Counted from the stretch's first letter, positions 29,693 through 39,852 are shown. The stretch is DNA of 64,000 nt from Verrucomicrobiota bacterium (GCA_027623315.1 JAQBYD010000005.1:16699-80698); one strand, 5' to 3'. The notes: a model not told the origin generated them from the letters alone. Program-made: numbers and translations.

Positions 29693-30123
29693 CGCGCTTT
29701 CTCAATCGGAGATCCCGCGGAGCAGCGGATAACCGGGGAATGCGCTCCGCGCTTGGATTGGGGATCCAGAGAGTGCGACGGAGATCATTCGAGCAACTCT
29801 CACTCTCCGAATCGCGAATCCCGCGGAGCAGCGGACGTCCAGGAACGCGCTCCGCGCTCAGATTGGGGATCCACGGAGTGCGCTGTAGCTCCCGAGGATC
29901 CAATCGCACTCTCCGAATCCCAATTCCTGCGGAGCAGAGAAGCAGCGGACAACCGGGGAAGCGCTCCGCGCGTAGATTGGGGATCCAGAGAGTGCGACCT
30001 GACCGCTTCGACTCCATCGCACTCTCCGAATCCCAAATCCTGCGGCTTGCCCTCCGAAGCAATCCCGCGGCCGCGGGAGCGTAGGAGGGAGCCGCGGCCG
30101 GAGGACCCGGGCAGCCTCCGCGC
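29693..30123. repeat. Second array of long palindromic units with unique ~19-21 nt spacers
   Basis: Units ~29693-29778, ~29797-29882, 29904-29997 and 30017-30123 (last one with nested REP); same family as 1803-1888. Confidence 0.93.
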
Positions 30124-30152
30124 TTGACTTCTCTTGTGCCCCCCAGCACGAT
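30124..30152 (+). promoter_or_regulatory. Putative sigma70 promoter for aspS
   Basis: TTGACT-17-CACGAT. Confidence 0.45.
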
Positions 30153-30176
30153 TATGCGCTTTCGGATTTAGAGATT

Positions 30177-31988
30177 ATGCATAGCTATAGAACTCATACC
30201 TGTGGAGAGCTGCGTGCGGAAGACGTGGGCAAACGAGTGCGTGTTTCGGGATGGGTATTCCACAAGCGCGATCATGGCGGATTACTCTTCTTCGATCTGC
30301 GGGACCACTACGGTCTAACGCAAGCCGTCTTCTACCCCGAGCGAGCATTCTTCGACGAGTGCCAGCACATGAAGCTCGAGAGCGTGGTGACCGTGACGGG
30401 GGAGGTCGTGAAGCGCGACGACGACACGATTAACCCGAAGATGCCAACCGGCGCGATTGAGGTCGTCGTGGACGAATTTTGCGTGCAGGGACCGGCAGAA
30501 ACATTGCCCCTATACTTGGCTGGTGACGACGAGGGACCCGAGGAGACGCGGCTCAAGTACCGGTTCCTCGATCTGCGCCGGGAGAGGATGCAGCGCAACA
30601 TCATCCTTCGCTCGAAGATTATCGCAAGCATCCGGAATCGCATGATCGGGCACGGTTTCAATGAGCTCCAAACGCCGATTCTGACCAGTAGTTCGCCAGA
30701 GGGCGCGCGTGATTACCTGGTGCCCAGTCGTGTGCATCCCGGCAAATTCTACGCCTTGCCGCAGGCCCCGCAACAGTTCAAGCAACTTCTGATGGTGGCC
30801 GGCTTTGAGAAGTATTTCCAGATCGCTCCGTGTTTCAGGGATGAAGATGCCCGTGCAGATCGATCTCCGGGGGAGTTTTACCAGCTCGATCTGGAGATGT
30901 CCTTTGTTGAACAGGACGATGTCTTTGCCGTCGTAGAAGATGTGCTATCGGGAGTGTTCGAAGAGTTCTCGGATCGAACCGTCGACAAGCCGCCCTATCT
31001 TCGGATTCCTTACCGGGAAGCGATGCTGAAGTACGGAACGGACAAGCCCGATCTGCGTAACCCGATCGTGAACGTTGACCTCACGGACGTCTTCACCGAG
31101 TCAGAGTTCAATGCATTCCGCACGGTGGTCGAGAAGGGCGGCGTCGTTCGAGGTATTCCCGTCAAAAAGATCGCGGAAAAGCCGAGAAGTTTCTTCGACA
31201 AGCTTGTCGAGTTCGCGCAAACCCACGGGGCGAAGGGACTCGCATACCTCGTATGGACTTCCGGAGGCGTCAAGGGTCCCATCGCAAAATTTTTGAAACC
31301 GGGCGAGCTGGAGGGAATTCAGAAACGCACTGGCAGCGAGGATGGAGACGTGGTTTTCTTCGTCTCGTCCGATGAGAAAAGCGCAGACCGCGTTGCCGGC
31401 GAGGTCCGCAACGAGTTGGGCCGCCAGCTGGATCTGCTTGAGAAGGATGTCTTCCGGCTCTGCTGGATCGTCGATTACCCCATGTTCGAACTGGATGAGG
31501 AAACCGGCAAGATAGAGTTCTCACACAATCCATTCTCGATGCCACAGGGAGAGATGAAAGCCCTCGAGGAGCAGGATCCGCTGGACGTACTGGCCTACCA
31601 GTATGACATCGTGTGCAACGGCATCGAGCTGTCCAGCGGGGCGATTCGGAATCACCGTCCCGAGATCATGTACAAGGCCTTCGATATCGCAGGTTACACG
31701 CGTGAGGATGTTGATCAGCAGTTTCGCGGAATGATCAATGCTTTCAAACTCGGGGCACCACCGCACGGCGGGCTCGCGCCGGGAGTCGACCGAATCGTGA
31801 TGCTGATTGCCGAAGAGGTCAATATTCGCGAGGTGATCGCATTTCCGATGAATCAGAACGCCCAGGACCTGATGATGAACGCACCGAGTGAAGTCTCAGA
31901 GAAGCAACTTCGCGAACTGCACCTCAAGCTCGAGCTTCCGAAGGAAGAGAGCGTCGAGCCGAAGTCAGAAGTAGTTAGTGAGAAGTGA
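30177..31988 (+). CDS. aspS: Aspartate--tRNA ligase
   Basis: [44 protein letters not shown]. Confidence 0.97.
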   Translation: MHSYRTHTCGELRAEDVGKRVRVSGWVFHKRDHGGLLFFDLRDHYGLTQAVFYPERAFFDECQHMKLESVVTVTGEVVKRDDDTINPKMPTGAIEVVVDEFCVQGPAETLPLYLAGDDEGPEETRLKYRFLDLRRERMQRNIILRSKIIASIRNRMIGHGFNELQTPILTSSSPEGARDYLVPSRVHPGKFYALPQAPQQFKQLLMVAGFEKYFQIAPCFRDEDARADRSPGEFYQLDLEMSFVEQDDVFAVVEDVLSGVFEEFSDRTVDKPPYLRIPYREAMLKYGTDKPDLRNPIVNVDLTDVFTESEFNAFRTVVEKGGVVRGIPVKKIAEKPRSFFDKLVEFAQTHGAKGLAYLVWTSGGVKGPIAKFLKPGELEGIQKRTGSEDGDVVFFVSSDEKSADRVAGEVRNELGRQLDLLEKDVFRLCWIVDYPMFELDEETGKIEFSHNPFSMPQGEMKALEEQDPLDVLAYQYDIVCNGIELSSGAIRNHRPEIMYKAFDIAGYTREDVDQQFRGMINAFKLGAPPHGGLAPGVDRIVMLIAEEVNIREVIAFPMNQNAQDLMMNAPSEVSEKQLRELHLKLELPKEESVEPKSEVVSEK

Positions 31989-32070
31989 GAAGTGGTTAGT
32001 CGGAAGTGGTTAGTCGGAAGTCGGGATCTGTTCTGACTACTCACTTCTGACTACTCACTTCTGACTTCCC
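31961..32070. repeat. Inverted 7/14-mer micro-repeat hairpin overlapping the aspS and hisS stop codons
   Basis: gaagtcagaagtagttagtgagaagtg... versus ctgactactcacttctgactactcacttctgacttc. Confidence 0.8.
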
Positions 32071-33330
32071 AATAAGCGGCATCACCCGCTCTTCGCCATC
32101 GGCCATCGTCTTAAGCCGGCAGCTCCCCGCGGCTACGTCGTCGGGTCCGATGTAGGCCGCTTCGCGAAAGCCCTTCTTGTCCGCTCGCGAGAAAAACTGT
32201 TTGGGCTTCTCGGTGTGTGTGGCGAGGTCAACGGACTGGCCCGCCTTGCGCAATGCGCACGCGACCTCAACGGCCGCGTCGCGCTCGGAATCCGTCATGT
32301 AGCCCACGGTCACGTCGCGTGATGGCGAGCAACCGTCGAAGAGGTTTTTCTCCTCAAGCAGATCCGCAATAACGACGTCCCCGAATCCGAGCCCGACAGC
32401 GGTCGTCGGTTTGCCGCCTATTTCGGTCAGCAGGTTGTCGTACCGTCCGCCGCCGAAGATTGCGCGGCCCGTGCGCGCTGTGTCGTAGGCTTCGAATACG
32501 ATTCCAGTATAATAGCCGAGCCCACGAATCACGGAGATGTCGAACTGGATCATACTGGACAGGTCGTAGCGTGAGAGGCGTTCGAATAGCTCGTTGAGGG
32601 CATGCACGGCGGCAGAGTCTTCTCCAAGGAGTTGTGCCGCATCGTCCAGCGATTCGACCTCCAGCAGTCTGTTTACGCTGGCGATGGCGCTTTGATCGAG
32701 GCCGGCCTGGGTGAGGAAAGGCGTCAAATCGTCAACTTTATCGCGCTTGTCGAGGGCCAGGAAGACGGAGGGATGCTGGTCGGCGGGGATGCCGCTCCGA
32801 GCGAGAAGTTCGCCGAGCAAGGCCCGGTGGTTGACCCGAATCCGCACATCGGAGGCCGTGAGTCCCATCATGCCCATCGCGTCGGCGGCGGCCGCGAGCA
32901 CTTCGACCTCTGCGGTCAAAGCCGGTTCTCCAACGATGTCGAGATTCCACTGGTAATGCTCGCGCCGCCGGCCCTTGGTCATGCGTTCGTAGCGGAAACA
33001 TTGTGCAATCGTGAACCATTTGACCGGGAATGCGAGTTCTCCATGGCGGGCGGCGATCATGCGCGCGAGCGTCGGCGTCATCTCCGGGCGGAGAGCGAGT
33101 TCGCGGCCGCTCTTGTCGGCGAATGCGTAAATCTGCTGGACGATCTCCTCGCCGCCTTTGCGCTTGAGAAGCTCCAGGGTCTCTACCACGCAGGCATCGT
33201 ACTGCTCGAAGCCGAAACGCCGGGACGCACGCGTCCAGGCGTCAAAGACGAAGGATCGACGAAGCATCTCGTCGGGGTAGAAATCGCGCATCCCGCGAGG
33301 GGCGGCAAGGTTCTGCTTGGAGGGACTCAA
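32041..33330 (-). CDS. hisS: Histidine--tRNA ligase
   Basis: PRGMRDFYP, ALRPEMTP, FRYER..GRRREHYQ, RGLGYYTG, GGGRYD. Confidence 0.97.
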   Translation of the reverse strand: MSPSKQNLAAPRGMRDFYPDEMLRRSFVFDAWTRASRRFGFEQYDACVVETLELLKRKGGEEIVQQIYAFADKSGRELALRPEMTPTLARMIAARHGELAFPVKWFTIAQCFRYERMTKGRRREHYQWNLDIVGEPALTAEVEVLAAAADAMGMMGLTASDVRIRVNHRALLGELLARSGIPADQHPSVFLALDKRDKVDDLTPFLTQAGLDQSAIASVNRLLEVESLDDAAQLLGEDSAAVHALNELFERLSRYDLSSMIQFDISVIRGLGYYTGIVFEAYDTARTGRAIFGGGRYDNLLTEIGGKPTTAVGLGFGDVVIADLLEEKNLFDGCSPSRDVTVGYMTDSERDAAVEVACALRKAGQSVDLATHTEKPKQFFSRADKKGFREAAYIGPDDVAAGSCRLKTMADGEERVMPLIGKSEVSSQK

Positions 33331-33638
33331 GGCTGGCCGCCGCGCACCACTTCTTTCATCTTCTTGCCCGGCTTAAAGCGGACCACACGGCGTTCTGGGA
33401 TCTCGACCTTCTCTTCCGGTCGTGCGGGGTTGTAGCCCTGGCGGGCCTTGCGGCTCTTAACCTGGAAGACTCCGAAGTCTCGGAACTCAACATTACGACC
33501 CTGGACGAGACTGTCGACGATGTAATCGAGGGATTTCTGAAGCACCGCTTGCACATCTTGCTGAACGATGCCCGTCTCAGTTGCGATCCGGGCAACCAAC
33601 TCCCGCTTGGTAAGATGTCCATTCTGTTCGTCTTGCAT
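33327..33638 (-). CDS. HU/IHF family DNA-binding protein
   Basis: LTKRELV, VEFRDFGVF, RKARQGYNP, VRFKPGK. Confidence 0.93.
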   Translation of the reverse strand: MQDEQNGHLTKRELVARIATETGIVQQDVQAVLQKSLDYIVDSLVQGRNVEFRDFGVFQVKSRKARQGYNPARPEEKVEIPERRVVRFKPGKKMKEVVRGGQP

Positions 33639-33659
33639 GATCGTCTGCCCGAAGACTTG

Positions 33660-33688
33660 AGTCTCCGATGTCGTGGCGGGCGTGTCAA
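33660..33688 (-). promoter_or_regulatory. Putative sigma70 promoter for HU-hisS
   Basis: TTGACA-17-GAGACT. Confidence 0.45.
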
Positions 33689-33692
33689 GTGT

Positions 33693-34715
33693 CTACCAGG
33701 CTGGTTTCAATCCCGAGGCCTGGATGAAAGGCAGGATCGAGACCATCAGTTCCTCAAACATCTCCGTCGTTAGCTGTTGCTGTTGATCGCTGTACGCGGA
33801 TTCCGGATCATTATGGACCTCAATCATGAGCCCATCGGCCCCGGCCGAGATGGCGGCGGCCGCGAGGTCGGGCAGAAGGTCGCGGCGCCCGGCGGCGTGG
33901 CTGGGGTCCACAAATACCGGGAGGCTCGACTCTCGTTTGGCGATTGCAACCGCGCTGATATCAAGCGTGTTGCGCGTGGCGGTCTCGAACGTACGAATGC
34001 CACGCTCGCAAAGAATGATGTTGGGGTTTCCGTTCTTGGCTATGTACTCGGCTGCGAGCAACCATTCCTCGATCGTGGCCATCATACCTCGCTTGAGGAA
34101 GACCGGCTTGCCCGCCGCTGCCACCGCCTCGAGCAATGCGTAATTCAGGCCATTCCTGGCGCCGATTTGGAAGACATCAACCATGGGTGTCATCATTTCG
34201 ATATCGCTGACGCGGAGGACTTCCGAGATCACGGGCATTCCGGTCTCAGCTTTCGCCTGTTGGAGAATCTCGAGCGCTTCCTCTCCCAGGCCTTGGAAAT
34301 CGTAGGGCGATGTTCGTGGTTTGAACGCGCCTCCGCGAAGTATCGTGGCGCCGGACTGCTTGACGGCTCGAGCTACGCTAAGCGTCTGATCGAGGCTCTC
34401 GACCGAGCAGGGCCCGGCGATGACGTGCAGCGTGCCGTTACCGATCTCCAGATCACCGATGCGGACGATGGCCGTGCCGTCTTGAATCTCGCGGCTGACC
34501 AGCTTGTAGCGCTTCTGAATCGGCACCACGCGGTCCACGAACGACATGGCTTCCAACGCTTCCAGACTCTGGTGGGTCGTTTCATCACCGACAGCGGCTA
34601 CGACGGTCCGGATCTCGCCACGGATTGTGTGTGGCTCATATCCCAGCGCGCGCACATTGGCCTCAACCAGGGCGACCTCCTCAGAGGAGGCGCGTAATTT
34701 CATCACGATAATCAT
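33693..34715 (-). CDS. aroF: DAHP synthase type I-beta with N-terminal regulatory domain
   Basis: IAGPCSVES, RGGAFKPRTSPYDFQG, QIGARN, CERGIRTFE, VDPSHA. Confidence 0.95.
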   Translation of the reverse strand: MIIVMKLRASSEEVALVEANVRALGYEPHTIRGEIRTVVAAVGDETTHQSLEALEAMSFVDRVVPIQKRYKLVSREIQDGTAIVRIGDLEIGNGTLHVIAGPCSVESLDQTLSVARAVKQSGATILRGGAFKPRTSPYDFQGLGEEALEILQQAKAETGMPVISEVLRVSDIEMMTPMVDVFQIGARNGLNYALLEAVAAAGKPVFLKRGMMATIEEWLLAAEYIAKNGNPNIILCERGIRTFETATRNTLDISAVAIAKRESSLPVFVDPSHAAGRRDLLPDLAAAAISAGADGLMIEVHNDPESAYSDQQQQLTTEMFEELMVSILPFIQASGLKPAW

Positions 34716-34820
34716 GGTCTTTTCCTTTCAAACCAACAATCGCACCCGCGAGTGCGACTGGCAAGATGATTTGAGGGTCGGCCCGTGGGGCCTCACTGTG
34801 GTACTTTCGTTCTGGATCAA

Positions 34821-35339
34821 ATGTCACGATGGAAAGAACCTCTGGGGATCGCGATCACCCTCCTCGTCCTGCTCGGCGTGGTGGTAGCGGATGCCGTGGT
34901 TGATCGTGCGGCCGGCACGGTGCAGTCGGACCAGCGGGCGAATCTAGCCTTGGCGGATCTGCATGAACGAACCGGCGCGCCGCATCTTTCGATTGAGATC
35001 CTTGACGAGATATCCGCTCGCGACGGACGTCCGACTCGATTGGAGCTTCGCCGCGCGGCGCTATTGGTCAGGACCGGGCAGCTTACCGAAGCCGAGAAGA
35101 TCTACAACGACCTCCTGGCGCGGACACCACGATCCCCGGCCGTCGAATTCAATCTTGCAATCGTACGGCACCGACTGGGCCGATCGGACGAAGCCCAGGG
35201 CCTTCTGCGCGAATTCCTGGCCCGCTACGGCGATCTCCTCCCGGAGCACGCTGCGCGGGCGCAACTGGCGCTCCAACTGATGCAGAGCACCGCGCCAACG
35301 ATGGGGCGAGCGCATGGCCTCGCGCATCCGCCTCGCTAG
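34821..35339 (+). CDS. Membrane-anchored TPR protein
   Basis: N-terminal TM helix; TPR-like helices (EAEKIY..LL..P...FNLA). Confidence 0.7.
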   Translation: MSRWKEPLGIAITLLVLLGVVVADAVVDRAAGTVQSDQRANLALADLHERTGAPHLSIEILDEISARDGRPTRLELRRAALLVRTGQLTEAEKIYNDLLARTPRSPAVEFNLAIVRHRLGRSDEAQGLLREFLARYGDLLPEHAARAQLALQLMQSTAPTMGRAHGLAHPPR

Positions 35340-35438
35340 TCAACACGCGCCGTCGCCTTCTACCGCAATTCAGCTTACCGTTTCGCCCTCAGGCAGCGAG
35401 AAAGCGCACTTCAAGACCTGGGCACACGACGTCGGGGT

Positions 35439-35467
35439 TTGACCCGGTGGCCGGGGATCTGTACAAT
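35439..35467 (+). promoter_or_regulatory. Sigma70 promoter, probably giving a leaderless transcript
   Basis: TTGACC-17-TACAAT; ATG begins 7 nt after the -10 box; no RBS. Confidence 0.65.
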
Positions 35468-35473
35468 TCGCGG

Positions 35474-35809
35474 ATGAAGTTGTGGATTCACGGATTCGTC
35501 GCTCTCCTCCTGATTGCGGGGATGGTCTCCTGCCGTAAGGAACGGCCGCGCGTAGTGACGGTCCTCGTGCCGGGTCTGAATGGCGAGAAATGTGCCCAGA
35601 TCATCTCGGAGTCCCTCGCAAGAGCCGATGGGATCCGAATGAACACGCTTGAGTTTGATTATGAGAAGCGCGAAATAACGCTTGAATATGACAGCATGCG
35701 TACGGCCGTAAAGAACGTCGAGCACTTCATCGCGAAGGCAGGCTTCGACGCGAATACGGTGCCGGCATACAAGGAAGGCCTGGAGAGGCTGCCCGAAGAG
35801 TGCAAATGA
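35474..35809 (+). CDS. Lipoprotein with a heavy-metal-associated (HMA)-like domain
   Basis: Lipobox MVSC; VPGLNGEKC..I..L...GI..I.KAGFDAN pattern; only one Cys of CxxC. Confidence 0.7.
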   Translation: MKLWIHGFVALLLIAGMVSCRKERPRVVTVLVPGLNGEKCAQIISESLARADGIRMNTLEFDYEKREITLEYDSMRTAVKNVEHFIAKAGFDANTVPAYKEGLERLPEECK

Positions 35810-35855
35810 CGACGGCCTGATCGCCGTCATTTGCATTCGGTCCCGGGCGCGCTGC

Positions 35856-36743
35856 ATGAATGCCCTGATCGAGCAATTTCTAGATTACCTGGCCCTGGAG
35901 CGGGGATTGAGCCCGCATACGGGGGCAGCCTACGCCGCCGACCTGGCGGCGTTGCAACGCTATCTCGGTCGCAAGAGGATTTCCTCCTTAAACGCCGTGC
36001 GACGAAAAGAGATCGTGGATTTCCTTACCGCTGAAAAGGAACGCGGGCTGAGTGTAAATTCTCTCTCGCGGCGCCTGGTCGCGATCCGAATGTTTTTCCG
36101 TTATCTACAGCAGGAATCTCTGCTGGACCAGAACGTCGCCGAGATCATGGACTCTCCTCGCACATGGCGGGCACTTCCCGGGTTCCTGAGCGTCAAAGAA
36201 GTGGATCGCCTGCTGGGGGCGCCCGAAGAGAGCACTCGGCTGGGGCTACGCGATCGCGCGTTGCTGGAATTGATGTATGCGACGGGGCTTCGCGTGAGCG
36301 AGATTTCGATGCTGACATTGGACGATGTGCATTTCGATGCAGGCTACCTTCGGTGCATGGGCAAGGGAAGCAAGGTTCGAGTCGTGCCCTTCAACGAGTC
36401 GGCCCGGGAGCGTCTGCAGACCTACCTTGATCAGGCGCGCCCGACGTTACAGAAGGATCCCGCCGAGCGACACATGTTTCTCACCCGCCGTGGGGGGGCG
36501 TTTTCTCGCAAGGGGATCTGGAAGATGATTAAGCAACATGCTCTGCGGGCGCGAATCTCACAGTCGGTCTCGCCTCACACGCTGCGGCACTCGTTCGCGA
36601 GTCATATGCTGGCCAACGGGGCTCCGCTACGAGTGATCCAGGAGATGTTGGGGCATGCCGACATCGCGACCACTCAGATCTATACGCACGTGGACCAAGG
36701 GCGTCTGCGGGCGGTGCATGCAGAGTTTCACCCACGGGCCTAG
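35856..36743 (+). CDS. xerD: Site-specific tyrosine recombinase XerD
   Basis: RDRALLELMYATGLRVSE, GKGSK.R, SPHTLRHSFASH, QEMLGHADIATTQIYTHV. Confidence 0.92.
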   Translation: MNALIEQFLDYLALERGLSPHTGAAYAADLAALQRYLGRKRISSLNAVRRKEIVDFLTAEKERGLSVNSLSRRLVAIRMFFRYLQQESLLDQNVAEIMDSPRTWRALPGFLSVKEVDRLLGAPEESTRLGLRDRALLELMYATGLRVSEISMLTLDDVHFDAGYLRCMGKGSKVRVVPFNESARERLQTYLDQARPTLQKDPAERHMFLTRRGGAFSRKGIWKMIKQHALRARISQSVSPHTLRHSFASHMLANGAPLRVIQEMLGHADIATTQIYTHVDQGRLRAVHAEFHPRA

Positions 36744-36749
36744 ACCATT

Positions 36750-37535
36750 ATGTTGGGACGACGCAAGAACCCGAATCTGTTACTCGAGAAGACGATTGGG
36801 TACTCGTTTCGAAAGAAGGCGCTCCTTGTCAACGCCCTCACGCACCGCTCGTTTCGTTATGAAAATCGAGATGTGGAATTCGACAATCAGCGCATGGAGT
36901 TCCTGGGTGATGCCGCGCTTGGCTTCGTCGCCGGAGCATACCTCTATCAGCGTATGCAAGACAAGGACGAGGGACATCTCACGGCGATGAGAAGCCGCAT
37001 CACCAGCGGTAAGGCCCTGGCCGAGATTGCCACGACCATGTCGCTCGGGGACTTCGTGCAAATTGGCAAAGGCGAGGAGCGCTCCGGTGGACGCGATCGT
37101 GCCTCCAATCTCGCGGATGCCCTGGAGTCGGTGATCGGTGCTGCGTATCTCGACACCGGAGTGAAAGCGGTCGAGAAGATATTCAAGAAGCTCTTCGTGC
37201 CGTACCTGGACGGATGCGGGGAAGACCTATGGGCGGATAATCCGAAGGGAAAGCTCCAGGAGACAGCGCAGACCCTCTATCGCAAGAGCCCTGTCTATCG
37301 AGTGGTCGACCAGAGCGGACCGTCGCATTCGCGTGTGTATACTGTCGAGGTGGTCGTGGACGGGAAGTCAGTGGCCAAAGGGAAGGGACGCAATAAACGG
37401 GTCGCCGAATCGAGCGCTGCGGCGAAGGCGCTGCACGTTATTGATAACGATGCGCCGCAAGAAGAAGAGAGCGGGGTCACGCGCCGTCGACGGGGTCGTG
37501 CCGGCAGGCGCAGGGGCCCCCGCAACGACGACTGA
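36750..37535 (+). CDS. rnc: Ribonuclease III
   Basis: ALTHRS, NQRMEFLGDA, LADALESVIGA.YLD, dsRBD. Confidence 0.96.
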   Translation: MLGRRKNPNLLLEKTIGYSFRKKALLVNALTHRSFRYENRDVEFDNQRMEFLGDAALGFVAGAYLYQRMQDKDEGHLTAMRSRITSGKALAEIATTMSLGDFVQIGKGEERSGGRDRASNLADALESVIGAAYLDTGVKAVEKIFKKLFVPYLDGCGEDLWADNPKGKLQETAQTLYRKSPVYRVVDQSGPSHSRVYTVEVVVDGKSVAKGKGRNKRVAESSAAAKALHVIDNDAPQEEESGVTRRRRGRAGRRRGPRNDD

Positions 37536-37543
37536 ACGGACGT

Positions 37544-37573
37544 TTGACGATACAGGGCCACCCATCGTATAAT
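37544..37573 (+). promoter_or_regulatory. Near-consensus sigma70 promoter
   Basis: TTGACG-18-TATAAT. Confidence 0.7.
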
Positions 37574-37624
37574 ACGGGGCGAGGTCTCCCTGCGACCCCT
37601 GATTTCTCCACAAAACCCGGGAAA

Positions 37625-38623
37625 ATGCACAAAAACCAAACTATCAAAGCTCTGATTCTGTCCCTGGCCGTCGCGGGACCGATGTCATCACCTGAAGTGG
37701 CCGAAGGCGTATCCCGGTTAGCCGACAATCTGTCGCCGATCGTGCGCGATGCCATGGACGCCGGGATTGTCTCCGGCGAGCGTCCGAAAATCATCAAGTT
37801 GGGCAATCTGGATATTGAGAACCTCGTGGCGAAGCCCCGCCTCGATGCGGACTTCGTGAAGTTTAAGTTCATCGCTGCGGATACTACCTCGACCCAACGT
37901 GAAATTCTGAAGACGTGGTTGGGCAAGGGGGTAAACCATATTTTGCTCTCGGGGATTGAGATGAAGCTTTACGGGGAGTTCTTCGGTCTGAGAGCAAATT
38001 ATTACTCGCGGCGCCAGGTGTCCTTGACGCTTTCCAATCACGTGGTGAACACGGACTGCACCCGCTTAACCGGCAACATGGACTTCGAGTCCGTGCCCGA
38101 AGGGAGTGAGGTTATCGCAACCCGGGCGGATAAGCCGGCCGCCGGCCGCTTCACGTACGGCAAGACGACGGTCTACTTTCACCCCGGCCCTGTCGGGAAC
38201 GACGAAGCCCGCTGGATGTTGAACTTCTATCACTGGGCACTGGGATTGGATGTCCCGGGGCCTGCCGCTGAAATCCTGAATAAGCGAATCGCCGACGTCA
38301 GAATGGGCAAGGGAACTCACGACAGCCTGACGCTGCGAACGGGCGATGTGATCAAGGGCGTGCTGGATACCAAGGATCAGAAACTGAAGACCCTGGATGG
38401 ACCGCGAGCGTTCATGCGCAAGGATATCGAGATGATAATCCTGGAGTTCACCGCGGACAAAATGGACAAGGTGGCACTGCGCGATGGCAAGGAGTTCACG
38501 GGGACCTTGCTTGCAGCAGACTTCAAGATCCTATCCGGGGACGGTGAAGTGCAGACGTACTCGCGAGACAGCGTGAAGGTTATCCGGTACAACGTTCCGA
38601 GCAAGAAGCCCGAGCTCAAGTAG
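37625..38623 (+). CDS. Hypothetical secreted protein
   Basis: Signal-like N-terminus; two C-terminal D...L.G....G.. repeats. Confidence 0.7.
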   Translation: MHKNQTIKALILSLAVAGPMSSPEVAEGVSRLADNLSPIVRDAMDAGIVSGERPKIIKLGNLDIENLVAKPRLDADFVKFKFIAADTTSTQREILKTWLGKGVNHILLSGIEMKLYGEFFGLRANYYSRRQVSLTLSNHVVNTDCTRLTGNMDFESVPEGSEVIATRADKPAAGRFTYGKTTVYFHPGPVGNDEARWMLNFYHWALGLDVPGPAAEILNKRIADVRMGKGTHDSLTLRTGDVIKGVLDTKDQKLKTLDGPRAFMRKDIEMIILEFTADKMDKVALRDGKEFTGTLLAADFKILSGDGEVQTYSRDSVKVIRYNVPSKKPELK

Positions 38624-38744
38624 CCTCGGGTTCCACGCGCGTCCATCTCCCGGCCCGATCGATTCGCCGGATCTGCCCGCCAGCGCGGAATCTGAATTTT
38701 CTTGAAGACGGCCTGCTGTTGCCTGACACTATACCGTTTCCATC

Positions 38745-38818
38745 GGGCCGTTAGCTCAGTTGGTCAGAGCACTTGACTTTTAATCAAGGGGTCCCGGGTT
38801 CGAGCCCCGGACGGCCTA
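38745..38818 (+). tRNA. tRNA-Lys (TTT)
   Basis: CTTGA-CT-TTT-AA-TCAAG anticodon arm; GGTTCGAG. Confidence 0.95.
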
Positions 38819-38827
38819 CTTTTCCTT

Positions 38828-39781
38828 ATGAAATCGACCAAGCGGCTGCGCCAGGTTCTCGAAGGCCTTTTGGCTCGCCTGGGCGTGCTCGTCATTCCAC
38901 GGCTTCCCCGCGGTGCCGTCGTGCGCCTGGCGCGTGTGATCGGCAGCGCGGCCTGCGCCGTATGCCGCCGCGACCAAGAGGTCGGCCGGGCCAATCTCGA
39001 GCTGGCCCTCGGGGCGACGCACTCCCGTGAGGAGCGAGACAAGATCCTGCACGGGGCTTTCGTAACCTTCGCCCAGCTCATCCTGGACCTGTTCTGGTTC
39101 TCGCGCGACCAGCAGCGACGACTCGAGGAAGTTGTCGAAGTCGACGACTCCTGTCGCTTCTTTCTGGACCATCCGCCTTGCATCGCGCTGGCCGCTCATT
39201 TCGGGAATTGGGAGGTCATGGGGGCGCGATGCGCGGCGCTGGGAAGCCCCTTGACGGTCGTCTTCGCTGCCTTGGAGAATCCAGTGATCGACGAACTCGT
39301 CGCTCGACTGCGCCGCGGGTCCGGTCAAGTCGTCGCGGAGAAGACCGGTGTGCTGCGGCGCCTGATTCGGACCCTCCGGGATGGCGGGCACATCGCGGTA
39401 GTGCTCGATCAAAATACCCTTCCGGCCGACGGGGGCCGATTTGTGAACTTTTTTGGTTCGCCGGCGCCGATGTCGATGGCGGTGGCGTCCCTGTCGGAGA
39501 AGACCAGCGCGCCGGTCGTGCCGACTTTTTGTACGAGAAGGCCTGACGGCACCTACCGCGTATACCACCTTCCGCCCTTGCTCATGGAGCAGACGGAGAC
39601 AAGGGAGTCGTTTACGCAGCGCCTGGCCACGGTCCTCGAAGGTGAGATTCGCAAAGATCCGGAGCAGTGGCTTTGGATGTACAAGCGATGGAAATTTATT
39701 CCTGATGATGCAGAGGCGGATCGTTTCCCCGGTTATGCCCGCCGCTTGCACCCGGGTGAGAAGGCGGCCGCAGCAAAATAG
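38828..39781 (+). CDS. Lipid A biosynthesis lauroyl/myristoyl acyltransferase family
   Basis: AHFGNWE, LDQN, FVNFFG, IRKDPEQWLWMYKRWK. Confidence 0.9.
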   Translation: MKSTKRLRQVLEGLLARLGVLVIPRLPRGAVVRLARVIGSAACAVCRRDQEVGRANLELALGATHSREERDKILHGAFVTFAQLILDLFWFSRDQQRRLEEVVEVDDSCRFFLDHPPCIALAAHFGNWEVMGARCAALGSPLTVVFAALENPVIDELVARLRRGSGQVVAEKTGVLRRLIRTLRDGGHIAVVLDQNTLPADGGRFVNFFGSPAPMSMAVASLSEKTSAPVVPTFCTRRPDGTYRVYHLPPLLMEQTETRESFTQRLATVLEGEIRKDPEQWLWMYKRWKFIPDDAEADRFPGYARRLHPGEKAAAAK

Positions 39782-39852
39782 AATGCGCGTCGGAACGACA
39801 CGTGCGATAGTTTGCCTGCGAGATATGAACAGAGTCGACGGAAGGACGTAAG

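Noticed and set aside
29693-30123. CRISPR array
   Set aside because: Repeats are ~86 bp and divergent, spacers are only ~20 nt, and there is no leader or cas gene in the window.
35856-36743. Prophage or island integrase
   Set aside because: Size, motifs and housekeeping context fit XerD; no phage genes nearby.
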